A stretch of DNA of 31,195 nucleotides from Methanobacteriota archaeon (GTDB lineage: Archaea; Thermoplasmatota; Poseidoniia; Poseidoniales; Poseidoniaceae), in the NCBI GenBank assembly GCA_018650165.1, contig JABIGM010000028.1:1-31195 (forward strand), read 5' to 3'. Shown here in pieces: positions 18,307 to 26,416 of the stretch (positions within the stretch are counted from its first letter, which is position 1; each line of letters begins with the position of its first letter). The notes beneath the pieces are model-generated. The model saw nothing but the letters and a program-made list of their open reading frames with translations, did not search any database and was not told the origin of the DNA. The position numbers and the translations under genes were made by a program.

Positions 18307-20325
18307 ATGGCCGGGGCGGAACGAATCCAACATCTGGCCGATGCGGTCAGATATCACCGCGAATTGTATTACAATCACGCTGCTCCAGAGGTTAGTGATG
18401 CTGAATTCGATGCTCTGTGGGATGAATTGAAGGAATTAGATCCTAGTAACGATGTGTTACATGAAGTCGGTCCCGAGCCTTTACCTGGTACTGTAAAAGT
18501 AGAGCATATGTTTCCGATGAGGTCACTGGATAAAGGGGTCTCAGATGAAGACATAATTCATTTTGTAACCCAGTCTACCTTTGGAGGTAATAGATACCTT
18601 GGCCAACCTAAACTAGATGGCTCAGCATTATCGCTAGAATATGTATCAGGTAATCTTCACCGTGCAGCAACACGAGGTAGTGGTGAGCGGGGAGAGGATG
18701 TAACACTCAATGCCAAACTGGTGGCGAATGTGCCATTACGCCTCAATGTTGCAGTCGATTGTCATGTGAGAGGCGAAGTTGTAATGCCATTGGCAACATT
18801 CGATGAGAAATATCGTGATATATCGCCTAATCCCCGCAACCTATGTTCAGGCGCATTACGCCAAAAACACGGGGATGGAAAGGCAGATGCTTCAGACCTT
18901 ATTTTCCAAGCATACGATGTTAAATTTCCAAAAGAATCTCCGGATATGCAAAATGATAGTGAACTACTTTCTTGGTTACAAGATGCCGGAATTGAGCCCG
19001 CTCCATGGACTATCTTTGAATCCGAAGAACCTCAGAAAGAGATGATTGAGTTTACACAAGAGTGGGGTACTAAGAGGGCCTCATATAAATTTGAAATCGA
19101 TGGCATTGTATTCAAATTAGATAATCTATCACAGCGTGAAAATTTAGGAATGACCGCGCACCATCCGCGATGGGCATTGGCTTGGAAATTCCCCTCACAA
19201 GAAGCATTTTCTGTATTATTGGGCGTCGATTGGCAAACAGGTAGAACGGGGGCGGTGACGCCAGTGGCACGCATTGCTCCACAAATGGTTGGAGGAGTTA
19301 CCGTTGAAAACGTGACTTTGCATAATGTAGGAGAGGTCCAAAGATTAGGTGTAAAAATTGGCGACAGGGTTACAATTACTCGAAGAGGAGACGTAATCCC
19401 AAAAATAATTGATAATCATGGGCCAGCATCTGAAGAAGATCTCCAAAACCGATTTCATGCAGATGGTACAGCCTTCACAGGAGAATTATTAGTTTCAAAA
19501 ATCGAGATTCCAAACGCTTGTCCAGCCTGTGGACGAGAATTAAACATGGAGGGGGCGTTCCTCAGATGTATCGCCTTAGAATGCGATGCTAGAACTGCTA
19601 GGTCGCTGACATATTGGTGCCGCACTCTTGAGATGGATGGAATCGGCGAGAAGTTAATCGAAGCACTATTGGAGCGAGGAATAGTCGAAACTATTGCCGA
19701 CTTATATCGCCTCAACCATACACAAATCTCAAACCTTGAACGCATGGGTGATAAGAGCGCATATAATGCTCTAGACGAACTTGCAAAAACACGAACTTTG
19801 AATTTAGCTAGGTTCCTTCACGCTCTTGGAATGGAGCGAATTGGGCCAGAGGTTGCAACAACAATTTCTCAACATTTCACCTCACTAGAAAACCTCCTTC
19901 GGTGGACAGACGAAGGACTTGACGAAGAGTTGACCATTATCGACGGTATCGGTGAAAAGGTGGCTGCAATCTTCAGAGAAGGAATCAACAAAAGACGTTC
20001 ATTAATTGATGAACTATCATCAATAATCAGCGTTACCAATGAATCCGAAGCATCAAGTGGAATATTTGATGGCAAGTCATTCTGTATCACTGGTTCATTA
20101 TCTCGGCCAAGAAAAGAAATTGCTCTAGCAATAAAGAACGCCGGTGGAAAAGTAGTTGGAAGCGTAAGCAATAACCTAGATGTCTTAGTCGCTGGGCAAA
20201 AAGCGGGTAGTAAATTAGCAAAAGCAGAATCATTCGGATTAGAAATTTGGTCCGAAGACGAACTTTTTGGTAAGTTTGCAGAACCCAAAAGCGGCCCTAA
20301 GACGTTATTTGATTATGACCAATGA
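18307..20325 (+). CDS. ligA: NAD+-dependent DNA ligase (bacterial type)
   Basis: Domain Ia YH..LYY....VSDAEFD.L..EL..L; motif I PKLDG; G.GEDVT.N; EIDGIVFK; HHPRWALAWKF; WQTGRTGAVTPVA; Zn finger CPACG...CIALEC; HhH repeats; BRCT GKSFCITGSL...GSKL.KA. Confidence 0.96.
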   Translation: MAGAERIQHLADAVRYHRELYYNHAAPEVSDAEFDALWDELKELDPSNDVLHEVGPEPLPGTVKVEHMFPMRSLDKGVSDEDIIHFVTQSTFGGNRYLGQPKLDGSALSLEYVSGNLHRAATRGSGERGEDVTLNAKLVANVPLRLNVAVDCHVRGEVVMPLATFDEKYRDISPNPRNLCSGALRQKHGDGKADASDLIFQAYDVKFPKESPDMQNDSELLSWLQDAGIEPAPWTIFESEEPQKEMIEFTQEWGTKRASYKFEIDGIVFKLDNLSQRENLGMTAHHPRWALAWKFPSQEAFSVLLGVDWQTGRTGAVTPVARIAPQMVGGVTVENVTLHNVGEVQRLGVKIGDRVTITRRGDVIPKIIDNHGPASEEDLQNRFHADGTAFTGELLVSKIEIPNACPACGRELNMEGAFLRCIALECDARTARSLTYWCRTLEMDGIGEKLIEALLERGIVETIADLYRLNHTQISNLERMGDKSAYNALDELAKTRTLNLARFLHALGMERIGPEVATTISQHFTSLENLLRWTDEGLDEELTIIDGIGEKVAAIFREGINKRRSLIDELSSIISVTNESEASSGIFDGKSFCITGSLSRPRKEIALAIKNAGGKVVGSVSNNLDVLVAGQKAGSKLAKAESFGLEIWSEDELFGKFAEPKSGPKTLFDYDQ

Positions 20326-20362
20326 CCAACGGACATAAAAAAGGTAGAGGCATAGCCACATT

Positions 20363-22795
20363 ATGAAAAAGAAACTATTACCACTTTCACTAGTGCTGCT
20401 GCTGTTATTATCAATGGCACCACTCTCTACCGGAAATAGTAATGGAATATTCAATCAGGGTTCGGGTTGTGGGGGCGGTTACTGTCACGGCAGCAATACC
20501 AACGCAGTAGTTTCAATGTCGGGACAACCTGCGAGTTATACAGCCGGGCAGGCCTATACACTGTCAATATCAGTCACCGGAGGGGTATCAGGGTCAACGA
20601 ACGGGGGCTTCAGTTTGGAGGTAAACACAGGAACTCTTTCTACCGGAGGAGTGGGTATTATGTCAGTCAAGGTAGATTCCAGTGGGACAAGTGCAACTCA
20701 TACCACTAACAGTTATCGCAGTTGGAGCGTAGATTGGACAGCACCAGCAACAGGGGCGGGAATCGCTACGTTTGATCTAGGGGGAAACGCAGTAGATGGC
20801 AATAATTACAATACTAACGATAATTGGGATTCAGTAAGTTACCAAGTCCCTGAAGCAGGAACGACTCCAAATAATGCGCCGTCGGCCACCAATCTACAAT
20901 TATCACCATCAAGTCCAGTAACAACCGACACACTGTCTCTCACATATTCTTACCAAGACCCAGATGGCGATGCTGAAAGCGGCACAACAATACATTGGTA
21001 CAAAGATGGAGTTTTGGAAAATTCACGCACCGACCAAACCACAGTTCCATTTTCTCTAACGACTAAAGGAGAATCGTGGAATGCCACTGTAACTCCAAGC
21101 GATGGAATAGATAATGGCACTCCAATCCATTCTTCTAATCTCGTAATCGCCAATTCAATACCATCTATTCAAAGTGCTTCCATTACACCATCACCGGCAA
21201 CCGAGAATAACAATCTCACAGTTGATTGGACATCAATTGATGCAGACGGAGATATACGAACAGTCAGTGGAATTGAATGGTATGTTGGTGGTTCTAAAGT
21301 TTCAGCATTTGATAATGATGTTACAATCCCATCTGTAGCAATTAGAGATGGCGATGTTTGGTACTCAAAAGTCAAAGTAAATGATGGAGAAATCGATAGT
21401 GCTTGGTTCACCACCCAACAGGTTACAATTGGCAGCGATAATTCTGCTCCCACTATGACTAGTGTCTCTTTAACAGGACCTTATACTACTCTTGACGATT
21501 TGGTTGCAACCTCTTTAGGAAACGATGTAGATGGCGACATTTTAACATACGAATGGGAATGGCCGGGTACTTCCTATACCACATCAGTACTGCCATCTTC
21601 AGAGACCAGTAAGGGAGAAAGTTGGACAGTAAAATGCAGAGTTACTGATGGAGAAGCATTTTCGGAATGGATGGAGAGTAGTTCAGTAAATATTCAAAAC
21701 TCACTACCGGTACTTACCAGCGTTAGTATTGATCAAGATTCAATATTTTTTGAGAGTGAAGCAACCTATACCTTTGAAGCCACAGATGCTGATGAGGACA
21801 CTCTTTTTACAAATGAAGTATGGTCATTAGACGGAGAAATACTCACTCTTACACTAACTGTTAATGATGATGATTTGAGTTATTCATCTGCGATATCCGA
21901 TACGGTAATTATTGCCAATTCGTTACCTATTGCAACCTACGCGGGTGCGAGTATACAAGATGCTTTGAGCGATATCAACCCATTGATTCAAACAGATGAC
22001 GCCAATGAGGACCCGGTTACAATCTCTTGGATGTGGATGAGAAATGGATTTACTACTGACTATAATCAGAGTATTATCCCTTCATCTAACTTAGGCGCTG
22101 GTGATATTTGGACAGCCTTCATAACTCCTAATGATGGCATGGATGATGGAGTGGTGCTGATAATAGAATTTACAATTTCGAACACGGCACCTACAGCAAT
22201 TATCACAGCTCCAACCGACCTCGTACAAGGCACATCAGTTATCTTTTCAGCTAGCGAATCCACTGATAGCGATGGCGCTATTGTGAATGCAATATGGAGC
22301 GTTGACGGTACTATTGCGCACACAGGAATGACATTTACTACATTGATTGCAAATCAAATGGAGATACAGGTAAAGGTAATCGATGATATGGGCGCAAGTG
22401 ACACAATCTCAGCGGTTTTCACTGGATTAGTACCACCCTATGCAACTAATACGGAAGCAACTGCAGACGGTAACGACGTAGTCCTTACTTGGGAAGGAAA
22501 CGCCGAAGAATGGGCGATAGTTCACAATGGCGAAGTAATCGATACAACATCTGCATCCAATTATCGTCATGCGCCTACGATGTCTGGAGCGCATACATAC
22601 AGCGTATTGCCTATCGTTGACGGCCAACAAATACAATGGGATGGCGAAACCTCTTCAGATAATGTAGAACTAAACTCAAATTCTGTTCCAGAAACACCGG
22701 GACCTAGTCAAACTGCAGGATTAATTTTCAGTATTGTACTACTCCTCGTTGGAATTACAGGTATAGCATTTTCATTTATCCCAAGGAGGGATTGA
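20363..22795 (+). CDS. Secreted, membrane-anchored protein: N-terminal Reeler-like (choice-of-anchor V-like) domain with CGGGYCH, five cadherin/Ig-like repeats, PKD, FN3-like domain, C-terminal TM
   Basis: Signal peptide; P..Y..G..Y.L.I, GGFSL, ATHT, WSVDWTAP, GNAVDG..D Reeler-like pattern; repeated N.xP...DxDGD...W...G[ED].W...DG units; TM GLIFSIVLLLVGITGIAFSFI-PRRD. Confidence 0.78.
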   Translation: MKKKLLPLSLVLLLLLSMAPLSTGNSNGIFNQGSGCGGGYCHGSNTNAVVSMSGQPASYTAGQAYTLSISVTGGVSGSTNGGFSLEVNTGTLSTGGVGIMSVKVDSSGTSATHTTNSYRSWSVDWTAPATGAGIATFDLGGNAVDGNNYNTNDNWDSVSYQVPEAGTTPNNAPSATNLQLSPSSPVTTDTLSLTYSYQDPDGDAESGTTIHWYKDGVLENSRTDQTTVPFSLTTKGESWNATVTPSDGIDNGTPIHSSNLVIANSIPSIQSASITPSPATENNNLTVDWTSIDADGDIRTVSGIEWYVGGSKVSAFDNDVTIPSVAIRDGDVWYSKVKVNDGEIDSAWFTTQQVTIGSDNSAPTMTSVSLTGPYTTLDDLVATSLGNDVDGDILTYEWEWPGTSYTTSVLPSSETSKGESWTVKCRVTDGEAFSEWMESSSVNIQNSLPVLTSVSIDQDSIFFESEATYTFEATDADEDTLFTNEVWSLDGEILTLTLTVNDDDLSYSSAISDTVIIANSLPIATYAGASIQDALSDINPLIQTDDANEDPVTISWMWMRNGFTTDYNQSIIPSSNLGAGDIWTAFITPNDGMDDGVVLIIEFTISNTAPTAIITAPTDLVQGTSVIFSASESTDSDGAIVNAIWSVDGTIAHTGMTFTTLIANQMEIQVKVIDDMGASDTISAVFTGLVPPYATNTEATADGNDVVLTWEGNAEEWAIVHNGEVIDTTSASNYRHAPTMSGAHTYSVLPIVDGQQIQWDGETSSDNVELNSNSVPETPGPSQTAGLIFSIVLLLVGITGIAFSFIPRRD

Positions 22796-23896
22796 ATGCG
22801 AATCCGAGTTGGAATTGTATTGCTATTGATGCTATTATCAGCCACAATATCCACTGCAAACCCTGGTGGCAAAGGAGATGATATCCGTTCAAGAGATTGT
22901 GCAGGGTCTTGTCACGCATCATCATCATCAAACGGAGTATCTTCTGCTAATCTTAGCATAGAACTCCCTGATGAAATATACGCAGGTTTGTTGATGGAAA
23001 TTATTACATCAGTCAGAGGGGTAGATGTTAGTTCAAATAATCTTGTTGGGATGGCACTACTAATCAATTCGGACGGGGCCAAGGATTTACCTGCTAACGA
23101 CGGATGGGAAGTAATCACAGATCCAAATGGCGGCGTTAACAATTATGTAGAAATCTCGGATTCATTTTCCTCACAAACTTCGGTAAATCGAAGTTGGACA
23201 TTACGTGCACCTAGTTCACCCGGGTCATATGAATTGTATTTAGCAGTCCAACACGGTTCCCAAGAAGGTGGAATTGCCATGAGCGGTATTTCAGATTCTG
23301 TCGAAGTGCAGGTTCTAACAGTACCAGAGAATCTACCACAACTTTCGCCTGAATGGAAACCGATTAATTCGAGATTAATTGGAGAAGAAACCACAATCAC
23401 CCTTGAAACTATGAATACCGAATCCGCCACAGTCGAACTAAAGAATGGCGCAGAGATTTCAATAATCTCGGTCACCGATGGTAAATTTACGATACCTGCT
23501 GCAGTTAACCCCGGTACAGTAGAATGGAGAGTAATTCTTGAAGGAGAGGGCCCTACTCAAACATCACCATGGTTCCGGTTAACCGCACAACTACCTGGTT
23601 GGTCTGTGGACGAAACATCACTATATGTTCAGGGGTTTGCACTCTTTTTACTTGGAGCGAGTTTGGTAATGATTCAGAGGCCAAAAGAAGAAATAATCGA
23701 TAAAAAATATGATAATACAAACCAGGTAATCGCAGTAGAAGCATCGATACCAGAATTAACATTTACACAAACATCCGAAATTGTAACCGAAGCAACCCCT
23801 ATTCCTCCAGAAGGATTGCCAGAGGGATGGACGATGGAGCAATGGAATTACTATGGGCATGAACATCTCAAAAGTTTAGAAGGAGGTGCAGTTTGA
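22796..23896 (+). CDS. Secreted, membrane-anchored protein with a paralogous Reeler-like domain carrying CAGSCH, a TM and a cytoplasmic GLPEGWTMEQW tail
   Basis: Starts directly after the previous stop (TGAATG) with SD AAGGAGG; signal peptide; WTLRAP..PGSY.L...V.HG; TM LYVQGFALFLLGASLVMI. Confidence 0.75.
   Translation: MRIRVGIVLLLMLLSATISTANPGGKGDDIRSRDCAGSCHASSSSNGVSSANLSIELPDEIYAGLLMEIITSVRGVDVSSNNLVGMALLINSDGAKDLPANDGWEVITDPNGGVNNYVEISDSFSSQTSVNRSWTLRAPSSPGSYELYLAVQHGSQEGGIAMSGISDSVEVQVLTVPENLPQLSPEWKPINSRLIGEETTITLETMNTESATVELKNGAEISIISVTDGKFTIPAAVNPGTVEWRVILEGEGPTQTSPWFRLTAQLPGWSVDETSLYVQGFALFLLGASLVMIQRPKEEIIDKKYDNTNQVIAVEASIPELTFTQTSEIVTEATPIPPEGLPEGWTMEQWNYYGHEHLKSLEGGAV
23882..23888 (+). 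promoter_or_regulatory. Shine-Dalgarno GGAGGTG for the DUF2231-like gene
   Basis: Exact archaeal SD 7 nt upstream of ATG 23896, which overlaps the previous stop (TGATG). Confidence 0.7.
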
Positions 23897-24408
23897 TGAT
23901 TTCATCACCAACACTTCATGTAATTTCTACCGAACTTACCATTGGTATGTTCGCACTTTCTGGTGTAGCATTCCTTCTTTGTTTATTACAAAAAGGACCT
24001 CTTTCAAGAGAAGCAGTGGCTCACTGGGCTCTCCTCGGCGGATTACTGGCAACTCCATTTGCAATACTAACGGGTATTGATTCAGCACCTGGCGATGGAA
24101 TTGATAATCCATTACTGGCGAACAAAGTGTTACTCTCCATGACATCAGCTGGATTAGCGATTGGAGTGCTAGTTAGGCGTAAATGGGGCGGCGAAGCCGA
24201 TATTCGTCACGCATGCACCGGGATGATTTCAGTAGGACTTATGCTAACTACAGCTGGAATGGGCGGTGAATATTCGAGAAACGAGACACTACTCTTTTTT
24301 GTGCCCAAAGAAACAGTACTGATTTTCCCAATATGGGCCAGTATACTGTTGATAATTCTAGGAATCGTAATTATAGCCAAATCAGCCATACAGCATAGAG
24401 TTAGTTGA
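23896..24408 (+). CDS. DUF2231-like integral membrane protein (4-5 TM)
   Basis: LHVISTELTIG ~ LHP.xVHFPIA; AHWALLGGLLATPFAILTG ~ A.W.L..G.L....A..TG; TTAGMGGEY ~ G.LGG.L; family call by eye. Confidence 0.6.
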   Translation: MISSPTLHVISTELTIGMFALSGVAFLLCLLQKGPLSREAVAHWALLGGLLATPFAILTGIDSAPGDGIDNPLLANKVLLSMTSAGLAIGVLVRRKWGGEADIRHACTGMISVGLMLTTAGMGGEYSRNETLLFFVPKETVLIFPIWASILLIILGIVIIAKSAIQHRVS

Positions 24409-25176
24409 TGGGGTAGTTTCAGGTTCAGCCCCTTCCATCATACCACGAATCTGTTCTTCTAGTAACTTAGCTTCTTCTAACAATGGACCGTGGTCCAAAT
24501 CGATTACAGGCAACATCTTGTTTAGATGTTCAATAATCACTGCAGCGGCTCCTGCATCCGGGTATCTTGGATCGGCTTCTACCATTAGACTCATGATATT
24601 TCGACCTCTACTCGCACCTTCGCTAAGCATTGCCCCGGTCATTCCTTTGATAACACCCTGTTCAAGAAGAGGAATCTCCATTTTCTCCAATAACTCATTC
24701 ATCAATGGTGTTGCTGCAACACCAAGGACATCTATTGCCTCTGTATCTTCGTATTCAACCATTGGTTCAGTAGGTAGTCCACCCTTCATTCCCTTACGGG
24801 CAAATGCATCGATAAGGACGCCCATAGCAGCCTTTTCATTTTTCGACCATGCAAATAATTCACTAACGATTTCATGGACTAGCGGGTCTGGAACAATCAA
24901 TTCACTCATTAGAAGAACTACCTTATCACAGCCCTCGATTTTACAGACGGGCTTTCCAGAATACGCTCTAATTGCCGGAAGTGGCACTCCATCTTGAATT
25001 AGACAAATAGCAGGTAATTTAGGGTGAGCAACTCCTCCCACAAATTCCAATTCTAAGTGATCAATCAAAAAATGAGCCACTACACTAGATACCATTCCTA
25101 CACTTGGGAAACAGCATACTACGAGTGCATCCTCGATATCTATGCTCTTGTCAAGCCAAACCTTCGCTCCTTCCAT
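24382..25176 (-). CDS. PAC2-family proteasome assembly chaperone / activator
   Basis: CCFPSVGMVSSVVAHFLIDHLEL..VG, SELIVP, G.I.GMTG..L, ADPRYPDAGAAAVIIE.LNK..P.ID...LLEEA..LE; C-terminal MLYG; ATG 25176. Confidence 0.9.
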   Translation of the reverse strand: MEGAKVWLDKSIDIEDALVVCCFPSVGMVSSVVAHFLIDHLELEFVGGVAHPKLPAICLIQDGVPLPAIRAYSGKPVCKIEGCDKVVLLMSELIVPDPLVHEIVSELFAWSKNEKAAMGVLIDAFARKGMKGGLPTEPMVEYEDTEAIDVLGVAATPLMNELLEKMEIPLLEQGVIKGMTGAMLSEGASRGRNIMSLMVEADPRYPDAGAAAVIIEHLNKMLPVIDLDHGPLLEEAKLLEEQIRGMMEGAEPETTPSTNSMLYG

Positions 25177-25270
25177 GTTATCAGGACATCCCTCTTTGCG
25201 TATAATGCCCGCGCATACCTTGTTCATTTGCAATCCCAAGCGATTTGAAGGTGAAGTCTCTAAGCGGAAC

Positions 25271-26416
25271 ATGGGCGAAGAAAGGAAGCACACACTTTCA
25301 CCGTCTGCATGGAACCGATTCGAAACCTGTCCTCGAATGTATTGGCTAAGTAGGCAGAGACTTCCTCGTAAAGCCGGAATGGCTGCCAGCCTTGGTACTG
25401 CAGTGCATGCTTCAATTGAAGATCTTCTTCAAGTGGATATTTCAAATCGTATATCGGATGAAACACATTGGTTACCAGATATGGCTGAAGGGTTTCTCAA
25501 AACCCGATGGAATGAAGAAAAAGAGATATTTCTAGCAACCCCTCGTCGACCAATGTGGAAAGAAAAAGAATGGGATAAGGCCAAGCGAATGCAAAGAGGT
25601 GCAATCAAAATGCTCCTTGAATTCATCGGCGCACCAGGTGTGACTCCGTTGAAAACCACAATTGCGTTGTGGAAGAGTCTTCTTTCAAGAGTTATTGCAG
25701 TAGAGGGTGAATTAAGGACAAGCGACAATCGTCTGATGGGCCGATTAGATATGTTATTTGCAGATGTTGACGAATCTGGAAACCTAAGCGGCTGGGTAGT
25801 TGCTGACCTGAAAACTGGAAGGGCACCAGAATCAGAATTGAAGCCTGAAGTTCAAAGACAGTTATTGCTGTATAGAGACATCCTTCTTTCCAATAATACG
25901 AACGCCCCTCCTGTCAAAACAGAGGGTTGGTATACTGCAAATGCAACACGTTACACTGCGACTGGAGACTCAGTTATGGAAGATGCATTAGCAGCTTGGG
26001 AGGCAACAAAACCTAGTGAAACACCTCTAGAAGCGACCCCAGGCCAATCTTCATGTGGTGGTTTTTGTGATTGGAAAGCATGGTGCCCTCATTGGTGGAA
26101 TTGGCGCTTAGAAAACGGGACACTAGGTAGTGATGATTTTTCAGACGCAGTAATCTTACTGCACCATTTTGATGAAACAAATGGTTCAGGAATTGCTGAG
26201 ATTTGTGAGCCGGCTAATGCAGAAGGTAGAGCAATGCCAACAGGCTTACAGATACCAATTAGTTTTGATGGACGCGGGAAAGAAGCATTGCAGGAATTAC
26301 TTGCCACGGGACATCAAGGGCCAATTTTCATAGGTGGCGCAATGACAAGCCGCGGCACATGGCGAGTAGGGCATTGGTGCGATGTCCTAGCTTGGTCACC
26401 AATCCCTGACGCTTGA
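25271..26416 (+). CDS. PD-(D/E)XK nuclease of the RecB/AddB/Cas4-like type, with a putative Fe-S Cys staple and a C-terminal extension
   Basis: LSPS....F..CPR.YWL, GTAVHA.IE, E..L, GRLD, VADLKTG, QL.LY, CGGFCDWKAWC. Confidence 0.88.
   Translation: MGEERKHTLSPSAWNRFETCPRMYWLSRQRLPRKAGMAASLGTAVHASIEDLLQVDISNRISDETHWLPDMAEGFLKTRWNEEKEIFLATPRRPMWKEKEWDKAKRMQRGAIKMLLEFIGAPGVTPLKTTIALWKSLLSRVIAVEGELRTSDNRLMGRLDMLFADVDESGNLSGWVVADLKTGRAPESELKPEVQRQLLLYRDILLSNNTNAPPVKTEGWYTANATRYTATGDSVMEDALAAWEATKPSETPLEATPGQSSCGGFCDWKAWCPHWWNWRLENGTLGSDDFSDAVILLHHFDETNGSGIAEICEPANAEGRAMPTGLQIPISFDGRGKEALQELLATGHQGPIFIGGAMTSRGTWRVGHWCDVLAWSPIPDA

Noticed and set aside
22690-22795. PGF-CTERM archaeosortase signal on the surface proteins
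   Set aside because: TM plus basic tail is present but there is no PGF motif (PGP here); not supportable
25271-26416. CRISPR-Cas locus suggested by the Cas4-like nuclease
   Set aside because: No repeat-spacer array or other cas gene seen in the window
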